This document shows positions 50,910 through 63,993 of a DNA stretch of 64,000 nt, piece by piece. Source of the stretch: Haliotis cracherodii (lineage: Eukaryota). The stretch is from positions 62,372,001-62,436,000 of the forward strand of contig NW_027266264.1 of the NCBI RefSeq assembly GCF_022045235.1, in the 5' to 3' direction. The position numbers were made by a program, and so were the translations under genes. Within the stretch, counting starts at the first letter, position 1; each line of letters begins with the position of its first letter. The notes under the pieces are model-generated. The model worked only from the letters and a program-made list of their open reading frames with translations, ran no database searches and had not been told where the DNA came from.

Positions 50910-51399
50910 CAAGAAGTACTCTCAGGAGATATATTGTTTGTTAAATGTCACAAAGACGTTGGAAAAGAAAATTTAAAAAACAACGTTTTTCAATTTTGTG
51001 AATACCCTTGACCGAGCCCGGTCATCGGAACATGTTACACGTGGTTGTTACAGGTTACTTCCTAAATGTTCTTTCATTGTGCATTATTGACGAATCCGTC
51101 GTTGTCAATCTCACGAAGAAAATACAGAAACTAGTCAATGTTGTTATTTTTTCAAACCAATTAGCATTTGTCATTCTCAAAACAGTTGTGGATCAATAAA
51201 TTCTGCCTTTTTGTAGACTTTACATGATTTTGGTTTTATAGACGTTGAACTGTATTTCAGTTACACCACGACATGTCAGCGTAATGTAGAATGAGAGTAA
51301 GTTTCTAGTTCAGGTGGGTAAATGAATGGACAGGAATTGTCTATTGATCATTTTGAACCATGTATGATCATTGATATACCTGAAGCTTAAGTTCAGTAA

Positions 51400-51640
51400 A
51401 CCAGCAAGGCGGAATGGCTGATAAAAGGAACGGCCGGAAAAGCTATATGTCTTGTTATGTTTCTGACTGAACTAGTTCTTCTGAATTTCCAAAAGTAAGA
51501 TCTGACTGGAATAAAGTAATCAGAAACTGTCGGCCTGCACAGAAAGCCATCGTGCCAGATGGTTAGCCATTCAAGCAGAAAATAAGGCGACCTCGACCTG
51601 TCAAATCTCGGCATCAGCTGGTATTCATTAAGATGCGTCT
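51400..51640 (+). pseudogene. CTL N-half remnant
   Basis: MSCYV..SDWNKVIRNC/ARWLAIQAEN. Confidence 0.3.
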
Positions 51641-52769
51641 TTCTCACCACATATTGCGTAGCATATGATCAGCCAAAATACTTACATCGATCTTTTAAAA
51701 TTAAATGTTGCTATTAAGAAAATTAGAATTAGTATTAATATATACCCAAATATAAAAAGGCACGTACGAAGCACGTACATGTAGCTGAACTATAATATAT
51801 ATAACTAACTAGTTCAGTTTGTTTCAAGAATATGAAAAACGCACATCCGTCGTCATCACTTCGATGACAATTTCGTCCTGCCTGCTTTTAGAGATCGCAC
51901 GTAATGAAAATTAAATCTGATTTTTCAGGTTTGCAACACCTCTGATCAGACACTTTAAAACCGTTAATTGAATTTTGTGTGAGGACTGATTTCATCCTCG
52001 CCATGGAAGGAAGCATTCCATCTAAAATATAATCCAGAACCCTTTTACACGTCACTTATTTTTTAAATAATCTTCCACAACTACTAAGTTTTTAATGCGC
52101 GCAATTTGAAGGAAGGCAGTTCTTTTTTTAATTGTTCGTATCGGACTACCGGCGTTTGACCCGTCAGTGAAATGAAAATGTGTCTTCCACTCCGGAGAGC
52201 AGTTATCCTCACCTCACGCCACTCGACCATTCTGGGTTCTAATTGCCAGAGAATCTGCGTCACATGCGACGTATCGGATTAATCAAGCGATTGATTGAAG
52301 GAACTTGCGGTACATTAATTTTCGTCTCGCCTTTTCTGCATATCACGTATCGTCATAAGGGGAAGACCCAAACCCTTGTTCATGTCTAGCCTTGGCTGCA
52401 CAGGGTGTTCTCTAATCGAACGGATAACTTACGGATTAGTTCTTTGCTCAATTGCGTCCAATTTAGAAGTTTTAGACCTCTACCAGAGAGAACTCTAGGA
52501 AAAAATGAATGTATTTTAAGATATTATCGATGGATTATTAACTAATCGATGAACTCATTCAACGGAAGTAAGTAATGTCCAGTTATACAATGATATACTC
52601 AGCCAAGCGGAAATGTCTGTGAATTATTATTATCATCAACAACAAAAATATACTCCCAAGATCAGCAGTGCTGTCCAGCACCCATACCTACTGGCCGAGC
52701 AGCTATCGAAGGTGGATGTAAGGGGCTTTTTAAATCATTACTATTTGAATAAACAGATTAAAACAATTA

Positions 52770-54650
52770 ATGCAGCAAAGAGGATTTGGGTGCCTGATCA
52801 TTGCACAGTCAGGCTCATCATCAGCTTAGGGCCCTTGCCCCCTCTACACGCAGCCCTGACAGCGAATGGGATTTCTCCCAGGACGCGCTCCTAAGTCGAA
52901 TCCAACGAGAACGTTTCGGAGAATATGGAGACTCCCCAACACTGCAGCCTACTGCATTACCCAGATTGTCGGAAGGGATGTATTCCTGGCAGCAAATCCC
53001 GGGTACTCTCCCAATGTTGGACATCAGATTGAGAGGTACTACACCTAAGGCACCGAGAACAATGGGGAGTCGAACAACATGGCACTTGGGATGCAAGCGA
53101 GACATTTCGAAAGCGAGGTCCGCATTTGTGCCATGTTTTTCCAAAATCTTGTCAATGACATCAGTGTCAAAAGGGACAGACAATTCAATGATATAAATTT
53201 TATTATTATATGGTATTTATAAAAAAGGACAAGATCAGGTTTTTCTTGGCCTGGATAGGTCTGAGGCTGTACACGGGCCTGTTCCAAAGAATTTGTATTT
53301 ATCATTTTCCATGACGCCATCTACATGTTTTGGGTCGTATGATGAATATACCTCTGTCAAAACCACAATCATGGCGAAGACGGTAATAAAAGGATCGAGC
53401 CACGCCATCATGTCGCTTAAAATCTGTGTTTGTGCAAAAGCTGGGCATCACTGACAATGTGTTGTCATCCAAGCCAAGGACTCTGCTGGGTTCCTAATCC
53501 TCTCAACACACTGCACATAAACTCGATGCAGTGGTCATTTGGGCCAATTTGATTTACCACTTCGCTTGGTTGACACTTATTTCTGTACCATTCAGCAGTA
53601 CAGAACCATCAAGAAAAGCAACATTGACATTGAGATTATGTCCCACATCCTAGGCCCGTTTCAGAAAACTGTGGAATGGCTTGTTTTCATCATGGATCTT
53701 GACGTGCTTCACAAGAGGATCATCAGACAAATAAATCATGGAACGCCCCCACCACGTTAATCAAACCACACCCTCCCATTGTGATTGGTAAACATAAGCG
53801 ACTGAGGGAAGAGATAGGATGGCGGAATCTATTGTCGGACATATTTTCGTGTGAGCGTGTGAATGCCCTGAATTTCTCGTTTCGTCCAATCAACAACACC
53901 AAAAGAATATGAAATGACGGGTACAGTTTTTGTGGCTTTAATTTTATTGCAAGCGTTCTGCTCTGAACTTTTCGCTTTAGTCTACATTTGAACTCTGCCC
54001 GAGGTGTTCCTTTATGGGCATTCTGGAGTTTGTCCATAACCTACATCCCTAAGTACGTATAGGACTTACCTTCCACTTGATGGTCAATAACTACCCCCCA
54101 AAATAAACTGACTGAACCTCCCTCTTCTACCTTCCCACATTTAAGATGAAGATTATTGTATTTGTCGAGTCCAAAAGGACATGCCGATATCATTAGAAAA
54201 GGACCAATAAAGACCGCCTCCGTGGTCTAGTGGTAGAGCGTCCGTCCAGCGGAATATCCGGGGTTCGATCCCCGGCCGCGTCATACCAAAAGACGTTAAA
54301 AGATGGTACTTGTTGTTAACCTGTCGGGCGCTCGGCATTAAGGGGCTAAAACAAGGACTGGTCGGGTCGGAGTCAGTATACTGTGTCTGAGTTGGGTATT
54401 CATGTTAAACTGCGGCATGGTATCTCAGTGAGCTAGCACTATAAATTGGCATCAGTCCGGACTAGTACAAGCAGCGACACAAACACACACACACATACAT
54501 GCACGTCGCTATATAAGTGCAATAATCTTGGACGTGACGTTAAACCCCATTTCACCTCACCTCACCCCTGTTAATAAGTTCAAGTTCATCCGTGTAAAGG
54601 GAGTGAGTAAGGGTTGTTGAGGATCTGTGCTGAGGGGGTACAGGATAATG
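52770..54650 (-). mobile_element. R4/Dong-like RLE non-LTR retrotransposon (partial RT plus RLE)
   Basis: FSNDIGMSF, YTYLG, HPISSLSRLCLP..GGCGL, EKPDLVLF, DLAFEMSRL..LPIVLGALG; frameshifted; interrupted by a SINE. Confidence 0.85.
54211..54567 (+). mobile_element. SINE family 3, full length, inserted in the R4-like element
   Basis: Near-identical to 10905-11261. Confidence 0.92.
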
Positions 54651-55074
54651 ATTATCATTATTACTTTACGAGGGTCAGTCAAAGGAAAAATAGCATCTGA
54701 AGGATTGTTTTCTGTGAAGGTCACTGTACTGCTGTTAGATTACTAAACTGACTGACATGCCCTCATACGAACCCGTGGCTGAATAAAATACATTTTGAAA
54801 TTGATCCGTCAATGTGTGTGTAAAGTTATTTTGCACTATACAATGATAGGTTTTCTGTAAACAGACATGTAAAGTCTTGTAATTTACTGCATATAAAATC
54901 CATGTACATTTATCCACAAAGCTATATAGCAAGTTATTCAAAAATGTAAACATGGATCCATTTACATTGTTAGGTTATCTGTCGAGCTTTTCCTATTACT
55001 CGTGGATACCACAGAGTGATTTCACATTATGTGGCTGTCACTGATCTAGTAAGGCATCATTATCCTTACATACG

Positions 55075-55348
55075 CAAAGTGTTACAAGACCACATGCATT
55101 TGAGAATCCCAACAACTCATGCAGGTACGACTCAAAGATATCGGCTCTGAATTCCGAGAGATGTGACAAGTAAGGTTTAAACACCAATTAATTTGGGAAG
55201 AAGAACATCCGCACCAACCCAGAATACAAATGGTAGTGTTATACCGCTTTGAACATTTGATACATTCGGCTACATGCAGTCGACATTTTGTATGTTGTCC
55301 GGTTGTAGTCATCATGTTCACATGGACGACTGTTCACACCAACGTCTT
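55075..55348 (-). pseudogene. Cys-rich exon remnant (EB-module-like)
   Basis: Acceptor tttcccttttag, donor GTATGT; RPCEHDD/CSKRYNTTICILGWCGCSS..LNLTC. Confidence 0.3.
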
Positions 55349-55911
55349 CTAAAAAGGGAAATATTGGTTTATTTTGTATCCACCTTAATGTATATTTGCT
55401 ACATTAATGAAAACTATCTTAATGCTTCTTAGCGAAAAGTCACATTTAGGACATACATTTGAAAACTAAATACCAAGATTTTATAGGTGACAATAATTTC
55501 ACAACAAAGAATCTTGTCGTTTATACCATGCTTTGTACATTTGCCATGTAAAACATAATTTCAAAAATAAGATATCGTATGATCAATAGATCAAATGTGC
55601 AGTGTTTCCACATTATGTTTATCAGAATTCAAATAATATGATTTTTTTTCCAGAGAACGCAGTGTTGTGTAAGCATATCGGGTACAAAGTCTAGTACGAA
55701 AGTCAGGGACGTTATTCTAAATGACAATGATGATATGATACCTTTGAGAGATCTTAAGCATTCAAGATACGTGTTCAAGTAAGATATATACTATGTTATT
55801 TTGACTTGACTACTTATTTATATCTAAATAGTTGCTGGTGATAACAATGTACAGGAAAGATTAACACATGAATGTATCACAATGTCAAGCATACATGTTA
55901 TTGTATTTTGT

Positions 55912-55987
55912 GGGGGGAGTGAGGTAGGCTAGTGGTTAAAGCGTCGTCTCGTCACGCCGAACACCCAGGTTGGATTCCCCACATGGA
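55912..55987 (+). mobile_element. SINE family 2 head only
   Basis: ggtaggctagtggttaaagcg..ggattccccacatgg. Confidence 0.75.
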
Positions 55988-56384
55988 TTGTGGATTTGTT
56001 AATATGTCGTATTAGGATTAAACGTTGCATTAAGCGACCCTTGGTGAGCTAAATACTGCGTTTATTCTTAATAAAGGATATTTACCTTCCTTAAAACACT
56101 CACCTGATAACCTATTTATCTTATTTAAAAAATTTAAATTTTTTCGTCGAAAAACTTGTTCTCATCTCTCTCCTAGAATGTGCGCACGAATATATATTAC
56201 GTCAGAAGGTCAGTCGGACAGTGACAACAGTCAATATAGTTCCAACTGAAACCTGTTTCTCAGATAGTAGCGTAACTACAGATAATCAAAATAACAATAT
56301 ACACATATATATTGGTCCATCGGTCCACCCGTGAGAGTAACTGCCCTTTATCAAAGCCCTTTATCCGCGTGGTTTGTCATCGGA

Positions 56385-56500
56385 TGGTCATAACGTTACA
56401 AAGTGAGTCAGATGTACACACAACAACAAAATGAAACCAGGTTGCAATTCGGACATATTTCTGATAAATCCAACTGTTTTGAAAGGCCCCAAGTTGCAGA
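56385..56500 (+). pseudogene. PAN-like remnant
   Basis: VITLQS/VRCTHNNKMKPGCNSDIF. Confidence 0.3.
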
Positions 56501-58520
56501 GGTCTACACGTGCAGACATAGAAACTGATGTCCTCGCCTTATTGCTTCGTAATTTATATTTCCAAAGTTGCCCAAACTGGTAAACTGTCGCAGCTATGTT
56601 CCAGTTAGACACTGATTTTCGGTATCTTTGACTTTTGTTTTACAATTAATAATGGGAACAGTTTTACCAGCAGTTTGACCATATTTCCGATGTTTAATTC
56701 TGACTCGATCGCCGATGACCTTTCATATTTTCATCTGTATCCGTATATGAGCCCAACGGATACCGTTACTATCCCTTGGCTTTATCCTCCTGAGAAATCT
56801 AATCAAATAAACATCTGTTGCCGAATCCATTGGTGATTATTGAATCCTTCAACCAAGCACAGACGAGGTGAAAAACTTAGCTACGTTTTATTAGCTGTAC
56901 GAGGGTTGGTTAAAAATTCTAAGCCTATCAAACAAAACCAACAATTGCGAAAGTGTTTTTGGTTTTTTTTTCAACATGATCTCAATGCTTTTCAATACAC
57001 TTCTCATATCGATGGTGAAGCATTTTAATTCCAGCTGGGATGAAGTTTTCTGAAGCCACCCTGAAAAACCCATTCACGGCAGCTTTGAGGTGTTCGTTGT
57101 CGTCATAGCGCTTTCCACGATGGTGTTCTTTCAGTTAAGGAAACAGGTCGAAATCATGATCACTTGGTGCCAGGTCTTGCGAGTATGGAGGATGAGGAAA
57201 CTCTTCGAACCCATATTGTTACACAGCAGCCTTTGCAAGTTGAGAAGTGTGAGAAGAGGCACTGTCATGAAGTAGTAGAACTCCAGCAGTCAGAATTCCT
57301 CGCCGCTTTTATTTGACAGAATCTCTCAGGCGATGAAGAAAATAAGCATAGTAGGCACCAGCTGCAGTATTCGTCTTTTGACTTTCTAAGTAATCAACAA
57401 GGATCACACCCTTTGCTTCCCAGAATACAGTGGTCATAATTTGTTTACTCAACTTGAAGACCGGAGTTACGTACCTACGGAGAACACATCAATATCCTGT
57501 AGTCTCCGAGAATTTGCTTTAAATATCAAAATCAAAGAAACCTGGCAATCTCAAAGGGGCATTTGGTAATTTGTGAAAACTCTGTGGATACGTCAAGAAC
57601 AAACCATGGAGGAACTATAGCTAGCAGCATACAGAGCTAGAATCGGAACCTTTTGTCATCCATCCGGGACCCGCCAAGTCGGCCACGTTGACAGGTACAC
57701 GCCATACTTAGATATGCCGTATCGCTTTATTATATGCACCTTACTGCTGACCGTCACCTTTCGCTTCTCAGTTATCGATATGTACTTTTGAATCTGATAT
57801 TTGCTCACTTTACACCGAAAGAAACTACTTTCTTTTGTTTCTCATGTGACGTCACCAATCCGAGTTGTGACCTAGTTTTGTCACCGAATCTTGTCTCACT
57901 TGAACGTGAAAAGTTTCCTTGGGGGTGACGCGATTCGAAGTCCTGTGGGAGTCATAACACGGCTCCTACTATTCTCTAACGACGAATAGACAAACCCAGG
58001 CCCAATAACTCTCCAAGAAATACACGAGAAAATACTTGCAGAAATAGAGTGCATGAAATCTGAGATACGTAACGCCAAAGCAGATTTAAGCACACAAATT
58101 TCAGAATTAAAGAACGACATCCACACTATCTGTTCCAGATGTGAACAAGGAGGATTCTGTTACAGAATTACATTGTGATATAAACACCACGAAACAGAAC
58201 CATGATATAATGTATGACGGCATTGATGCACTTTCAGGCAAGGTGGATACTGTTTTTGATCAGATGTCAAAAATTGATAACGAACTAGATACTTGAGTCC
58301 TATAACAGGCGTAATAATATTCTCATCCACGGAATTCAGGCGATGGAAATTCATTGTAAAGCTACTGTGTTATCTGTCCTCAATGAACATGCTCAATACA
58401 AAACGTGGCAACCATAGGACATAATACGTGCGCACAGACTTGGCGTTAAACGTATAAGTTCAAATAGACCTCACCCAATGAATACTAAGCTACATTCGTC
58501 TGACGACAAAGTTCGTACCT

Positions 58521-58610
58521 TGAAAGCGAGACCCATGTTCAAGGAAGCTGGACTTGGAATTTCTATGAAAGCGAGACCCATGTTCAAGGAAGCTGGACTT
58601 GGAATTTCTA
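58521..58610. repeat. 45-bp perfect in-frame tandem duplication in LINE ORF1
   Basis: KARPMFKEAGLGIS twice. Confidence 0.95.
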
Positions 58611-59383
58611 GTAACCTAACATCACGTCAACGTCAGCAGGTTCAGGCACTTAAGAGAACCAACACTTTGGGGTATTTCAAAGATGGATGATTGGTGACAA
58701 AACCCCGTACCATGGAAACAACATCAACAACGTTTAGCATTGCAGACACGACGCGAGACAGCCGATCTTTTCATAGAAGACCGGATGGAAAAACAGTGTC
58801 ACACGCTTTTATCAGCTCAGATGTTGGCCGAGACCCGGATAGTTTTTTACAAGATCCTAAAACAATCAACACCGAAAACAAAGGTGTTCTCCCGGTTTCT
58901 TTCATTATATTAACATGTTGAATGTTAGCGATCGTCTAGAATCTTATTGTTTACCTTCGGAATTGACTTGTAAGTTCCCTCATATGAATCAAATACATAA
59001 CAAATGAATACATGAGGGTGTCACTAAGAAGAAACTAACATGGAATGACGAACTTTCAAGCTACACGAAAGTATAACATATGTAAACAGTTACTTCTAGA
59101 TAAACTTGATAATAATATTGATGATTTAGTTATCGAAATTTTGAAGTGTCCTAAATTTGTAGTTATGGCTTTTCTTTGCAAATGTTTCAACAAGTTTTTT
59201 GAAAATGGAGTTTTCCCTAGCAATTATTCATGTTCTATAATAATCCCCCTGCATAAAAAAAGGAGACAGGGGTGGCCTAGATAACTACAGAAGTATTTCA
59301 TTAATGAGCAATTTAGGAAAAGTATTTACAACAATATGAAACAATAGAATTTCTAAATAGGCGAACATGCGTAATAAGATACA

Positions 59384-59635
59384 TACGGAAGCATAGTGGG
59401 GCCACAGTGAATTTTTTTTGTCTGAGTATCTCCTACGTAGGAATTACTATCTCCTACGTGGGACTTAGTATGGCCTAGAATCACTTTCTACGTAGGAGAT
59501 AGTAAGTCCAACGTAAGAGATAGTAAGTCCTACGTAAGATATAGTAAGTCCTACGTAGGAGTTATAAGTCCTAAGTGGGAGATAGTAAGCCCTACGTAGG
59601 AGATACTTAGATAAAAAAAATTGTCACCGTTGCCC
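59384..59635. mobile_element. MITE with inverted arrays of ~22-bp repeats, inserted in the LINE RT
   Basis: Starts TACGG; inverted arms tttttttgtctgagtatctcctacgtag / ctacgtaggagatacttagataaaaaaa; removal restores NKIPEFQAGFR. Confidence 0.8.
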
Positions 59636-62039
59636 ATACCTGAATTTCAAGCTGGCTTCAGAAAAAGTTATTCTACCTCGGATCATATACTTACTCTTTA
59701 TGCACTTATTCAAAAAACCTTGTAACGGCGGAAGCATAATTGTATGTAGCATTTCTAGATTTCAAAAAGGCTTTTGATTCTGTTAATCGCTTTAAATTAT
59801 GGACATGTTTACGAAAAGCTGGTTTACGCGGGAAAATGTTTACTATTCTAAAATCAATGTATTCTATTGTGAGATCATGTGTTTGTTGTAGGGATGATGT
59901 AACAGATCTCTTTGATTGTCCTTTGGGCCTAAGACAAGGCTGTATTTTGAGTCCGATCTTATTTTCACTTTTTATTAATGGATTATATTACGCAATATCT
60001 GCCAAGATAAGCATGGTGTCCTAATGTTTGCAGATTTGATAGAAATATCTATGCTTCTTTTCGCAGACGATGTCACTTTAGTGTAAGATACTGGTGTTGG
60101 TCTACAAAGGCAATCAAATATTCTATTAACATACACGAAAGAATGGAAATTATCAGTAAAATTACTTAAATTGTGATCTTTAGAAAAAGAAAAATGGTCA
60201 TTCGGTGGTCAGTCAGTCAATATAGTCGATCACCATTCATATTTAGGAATCAGGTTCTTACACCCAATGGATTGGAAAAAAATGTGCCCTTGACTTGTCC
60301 TTGCGTGCAAAGAAAGCTTTAATAGTCTAACGATGTCTGTTAATATCTTCTTTAAGATGTTTGATACCCAAATACAACCAATTTTATTGTATGGTTCTGA
60401 AGTATGTGGATTTCAACGTTATGACTGTTTAGAGAAGGAACACTTATTAGCATGTAAAACGTTTCTTTGCTTTGAATCTTCTACACCAAATTGCATGGTT
60501 AATGGTGAATGTGGTAGATACCCATTATATATTAACTCTCAGATTAGATGTTTAAAATACTGATTTAAAATCCTTCACATGCATGAACAACGTCTCCCTA
60601 AAAAATATTTGGACATCGCATACAAGAAAATGTTTTTTTCGCATGGTTTTGGTTTTATATGTCTTTGTCAGTAAGTCAGTAAGTTGGAAATGTAAATATG
60701 TTTCTTAACGAATTTCGAAATCCTCCTATAAATATGCTTTACCAAGAATGGCATATCACTTCAAAGGATAGCTCACGTTATGAATATTACAAAACTGTCA
60801 AGACTTTACTTCAACAAGAAATATATTTACTCACTTCGGAAAACTTAAGAAAACATTTAATTAAATATCGACTTGGTTTACAAGACCTATTGTAAACGAA
60901 GGAAGAAAACTGTCCACTGAAAAACTGAAAATAATTTGTCCATTATGTAATCTAGAGTTTGAAAATGAAATTCATTTTGTGTTTGTCTGTCCATTTTACA
61001 ATGATCTTCGAAAGAAATACACAAAAGATTATTTAATAGCAATGTCACCGATGAACGCCTTTGTAGTTATTCTGACGACAGAGAACGCATCTAACATATT
61101 GAATCTTTCTCTATATATTAAGCATGCATTAGCCAAAAGAAATGAATTAATCAAAGAACGTGCATATCCCAAAAGGTAGCATTTATGGGCCGGATGCCTT
61201 TCGTACAATAAACTTCTTTTGACTTTGACTTGGATTTCTTTGCTGTCGAGAAGTGGAATGGTGCCATTTAAAAGGTTGACGTTTTGACTCGGGATCATAG
61301 TGGTAAACCCATGTTTCATCACCCGTTACTAATATCTTTTTTAATCTGACGAAATCCTCCTCAGTTAGCTCTAAAATGTCTCTGGCAAGGCCAGTTCTTG
61401 CTGACTGCCCGGTACTCGATCTTTTAATTTCTATGTCCATTTGGACCCCTATCACGTTCAACTGGTTGTCACTAATATACAAACGGACTCAACAGATCAA
61501 ATACACTTGCGATTAACATCTCAAACGATGTACTACATTGACAAGTTCACTTTGATTTTGCCCATAGCCTGAAAGTTAGTCAGGCTTAGAACTGTGTGAC
61601 CCTCCCTCGTATTTACGAAAAGTGATCACTCACTTGCTTTTCCGATGATAATACATGTACACCATGCAGTTACATTTATACAGCAGTACATGAATTATGA
61701 AAAGCGTCCGATGCAATTCCCTATTTTGACTATTTTGTGTCATTGAGTTAGCGTGTTTTTCAGTGTGAAAAAATGACTTGCATTTTGCACCTGTTTGTGG
61801 CAGGTGACCCTGGTGGGGCAGAATACGCTCACCATTTTGCGAACACCTCCTTTTATCACTATTTGATATTGATTCATAAGCACATACGTCTGATGTACAG
61901 AGAAACGTACAAGGTACTATGCTTCACGTAGATATTTTGATGATTATGGAATTGGTTTTGTTCGTTTTACTTAGAAGGGCACCGGTAATGGAATTTAGGA
62001 ATATGAACAACAATGTTCATTTCATCTTTATGTTTTCAG

Positions 62040-62500
62040 ACCCAATGAATCAAGGGTATATTCATATGAAACGTTTTATGCAAATATAATATTTGTTAAA
62101 AAAAGATGCAAGTACTTTAAATTAGAGAAACGTTCAACATACATTGTACATGTACACACATATGTGCCAGTTTTTTAATAGTTTTTGCAATAAGTGTTGC
62201 CTTTGCAAAGCCGCCATATGCCAGCGAGATGTATCTTAGGAACCTAAAGTAGAAGTCAATAGTTATTCAGGCTTATGATTCATCCACGGACGCAAATACC
62301 GGCTCATGAAAGAAACTTCGTTAACTAGCTCAGTTTTATGGCAATACTCGCGGCCTAAATCCTTCAACATCAACACATTGATTAGTTTTGGTCATGTAAC
62401 GAAGTGTGTTTTTTCCTTACATATATGTGCAAAGTCTCTTTTATGTAAATGTTTACCAACTGGTAATGTAATTAACATTATTGACTGCAGAGATAATAAC
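62040..62500 (+). pseudogene. CTL pseudogene
   Basis: Acceptor tgttttcag then PMNQGYIH; GL*FIHGRKYRLMKETSL..LWQYSRP..TKCV. Confidence 0.45.
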
Positions 62501-63659
62501 AAGCTCCAGCCAATTAACACATTTTCATCTATACACAGTTCCTTTAAAGAACTATTAGATGAGAAGTACCTTTGCAACTTCAAAGCTTATATCCTTAGGA
62601 TAAGTTAATGTCAATTTGTGTGCGGTAATTGCAGCGAAACTAAAAAGATATATTTGATTTTTGAAAAAGAATACTTGGTTTAATAAGTATAACATAATTA
62701 GAAAAATAATGTTATCATCTACATATATTTCTTGCACCGTAACTAATCAATATCATCGTAGTCAATTGCCGTTATGCCTTCGCTTTAGGTATTTGATAAC
62801 AAAACACAATACATATTCAAACTTCCATAACTGTAAGACCAACGATTTTGTCTGGATATATGTGTCTGGATGTATTGACATAAATGTCACGCATTAAAGT
62901 GCCATTGGTTGCTCTCACAAGGATAGATAAATTTAACCCTCGACGATGGGCGAAGCTGGGCATCCTACAAAGACGATGAGTAAACTCTTACTTGTTATGT
63001 TTAACCTCTACGGACACTACTGCCTATGAAGAGGTCTCTCCAAACGGCACAATTCCTTTTATGAGACCCAAATCATTATCTACCGGATATTGCCTGCTCC
63101 TTTGAGCCCTCCATGTGAGAGGACAGGCTGTTTGCACACAACTTTACTATCGACAAGCTCCCAAACGTATTTGTTTTGGTGGTAGGCTTGTGATTCAGGT
63201 AACGTTCCTGGTGATGAAGAAGAATATATGGTTCACCCCATCAATAACACCCAAAACACCATAATTGTACAACAAATTGCTCCGTGTATATGTGCAGTGT
63301 AACTTGTATCGCGCTTGTTAGACTTTTTTCTAAACTGTTATTTGTTTGTTACTTATGTATCGTACCAACACGACATGGATATCACCTTTCATTATGGATT
63401 TCCATGTACAATAAGCAAAGAGTTTCCAAATCTCATTGTGAATAATCACGAGAAATCCTTCACTCGGATTAAACCACAAATCAAAGTTATGAATGCTGTT
63501 TGCTTAAGGGTCACATAAAATAGTGATAGGAATTCCATTTTAACGTAGTTAAACATGTTTACATTCTTTCAAATTAATATTTTTGCAAACCAGTCACTGT
63601 ATCTTCAGGTCTGTGCTTGGCAACACAAATGCGAATTACACAAATGTATTTTAGTATGA

Positions 63660-63993
63660 ATTCCCAGAATTGGAAATTGTTTTTATTGGCGTCGTGGACT
63701 GAGGAGCTAAATTAAACCCTTTTTTGTTTGATTTGAAGAAAGCTACTGAAATACGGTTTGCTTGCACAAACAAAATCTCATTCGTGGATTCTGAATCATC
63801 ACCGATCAGAGAACGCCCACGGCTAACTGAATTTATGACGGAAAACGACCCTCTTCACACAAGTAAATCCCTTATAAAGGAAACATTCGTTTCGATGAGA
63901 CGTTATTCAGACACAAGGTGTATACTTATCATGCGCCCTCAAGATTTCATCGTAGTTTGGAAAGCAGTAACACCACAAAAAAGGCTATACTAA
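63660..63993 (+). pseudogene. CTL-like remnant
   Basis: IGNCFYW/FDLKKATEI..KISFVDS..DTRCILIM..FIVVWKAV. Confidence 0.35.

Larger units (their letters stand above)
57456..61210 (+). mobile_element. RTE-X-like LINE (ORF1 plus RT, APE region deleted), degenerate
   Basis: ORF1 coiled coil plus RRNNILIHGI and RAHRLG; RT YVAFLDFKKAFDSV, GLRQGCILSP, LLFADD, PILLYGSEV, GECGRYPL; C-terminal CPLC..EIHFVFVCP; ends AATAAA; aactt at both junctions. Confidence 0.88.
56900..61609 (-). mobile_element. Mariner element split by a LINE insertion
   Basis: TIRs tacgagggttggttaaaaattctaagcct (56898) and aggcttagaactgtgtgaccctccctcgta (61582-61611); LVTGDETWVYHYDPESKRQ on the right part; IMTTVFW..HPPYSQDLAPSD on the left part. 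Confidence 0.88.
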
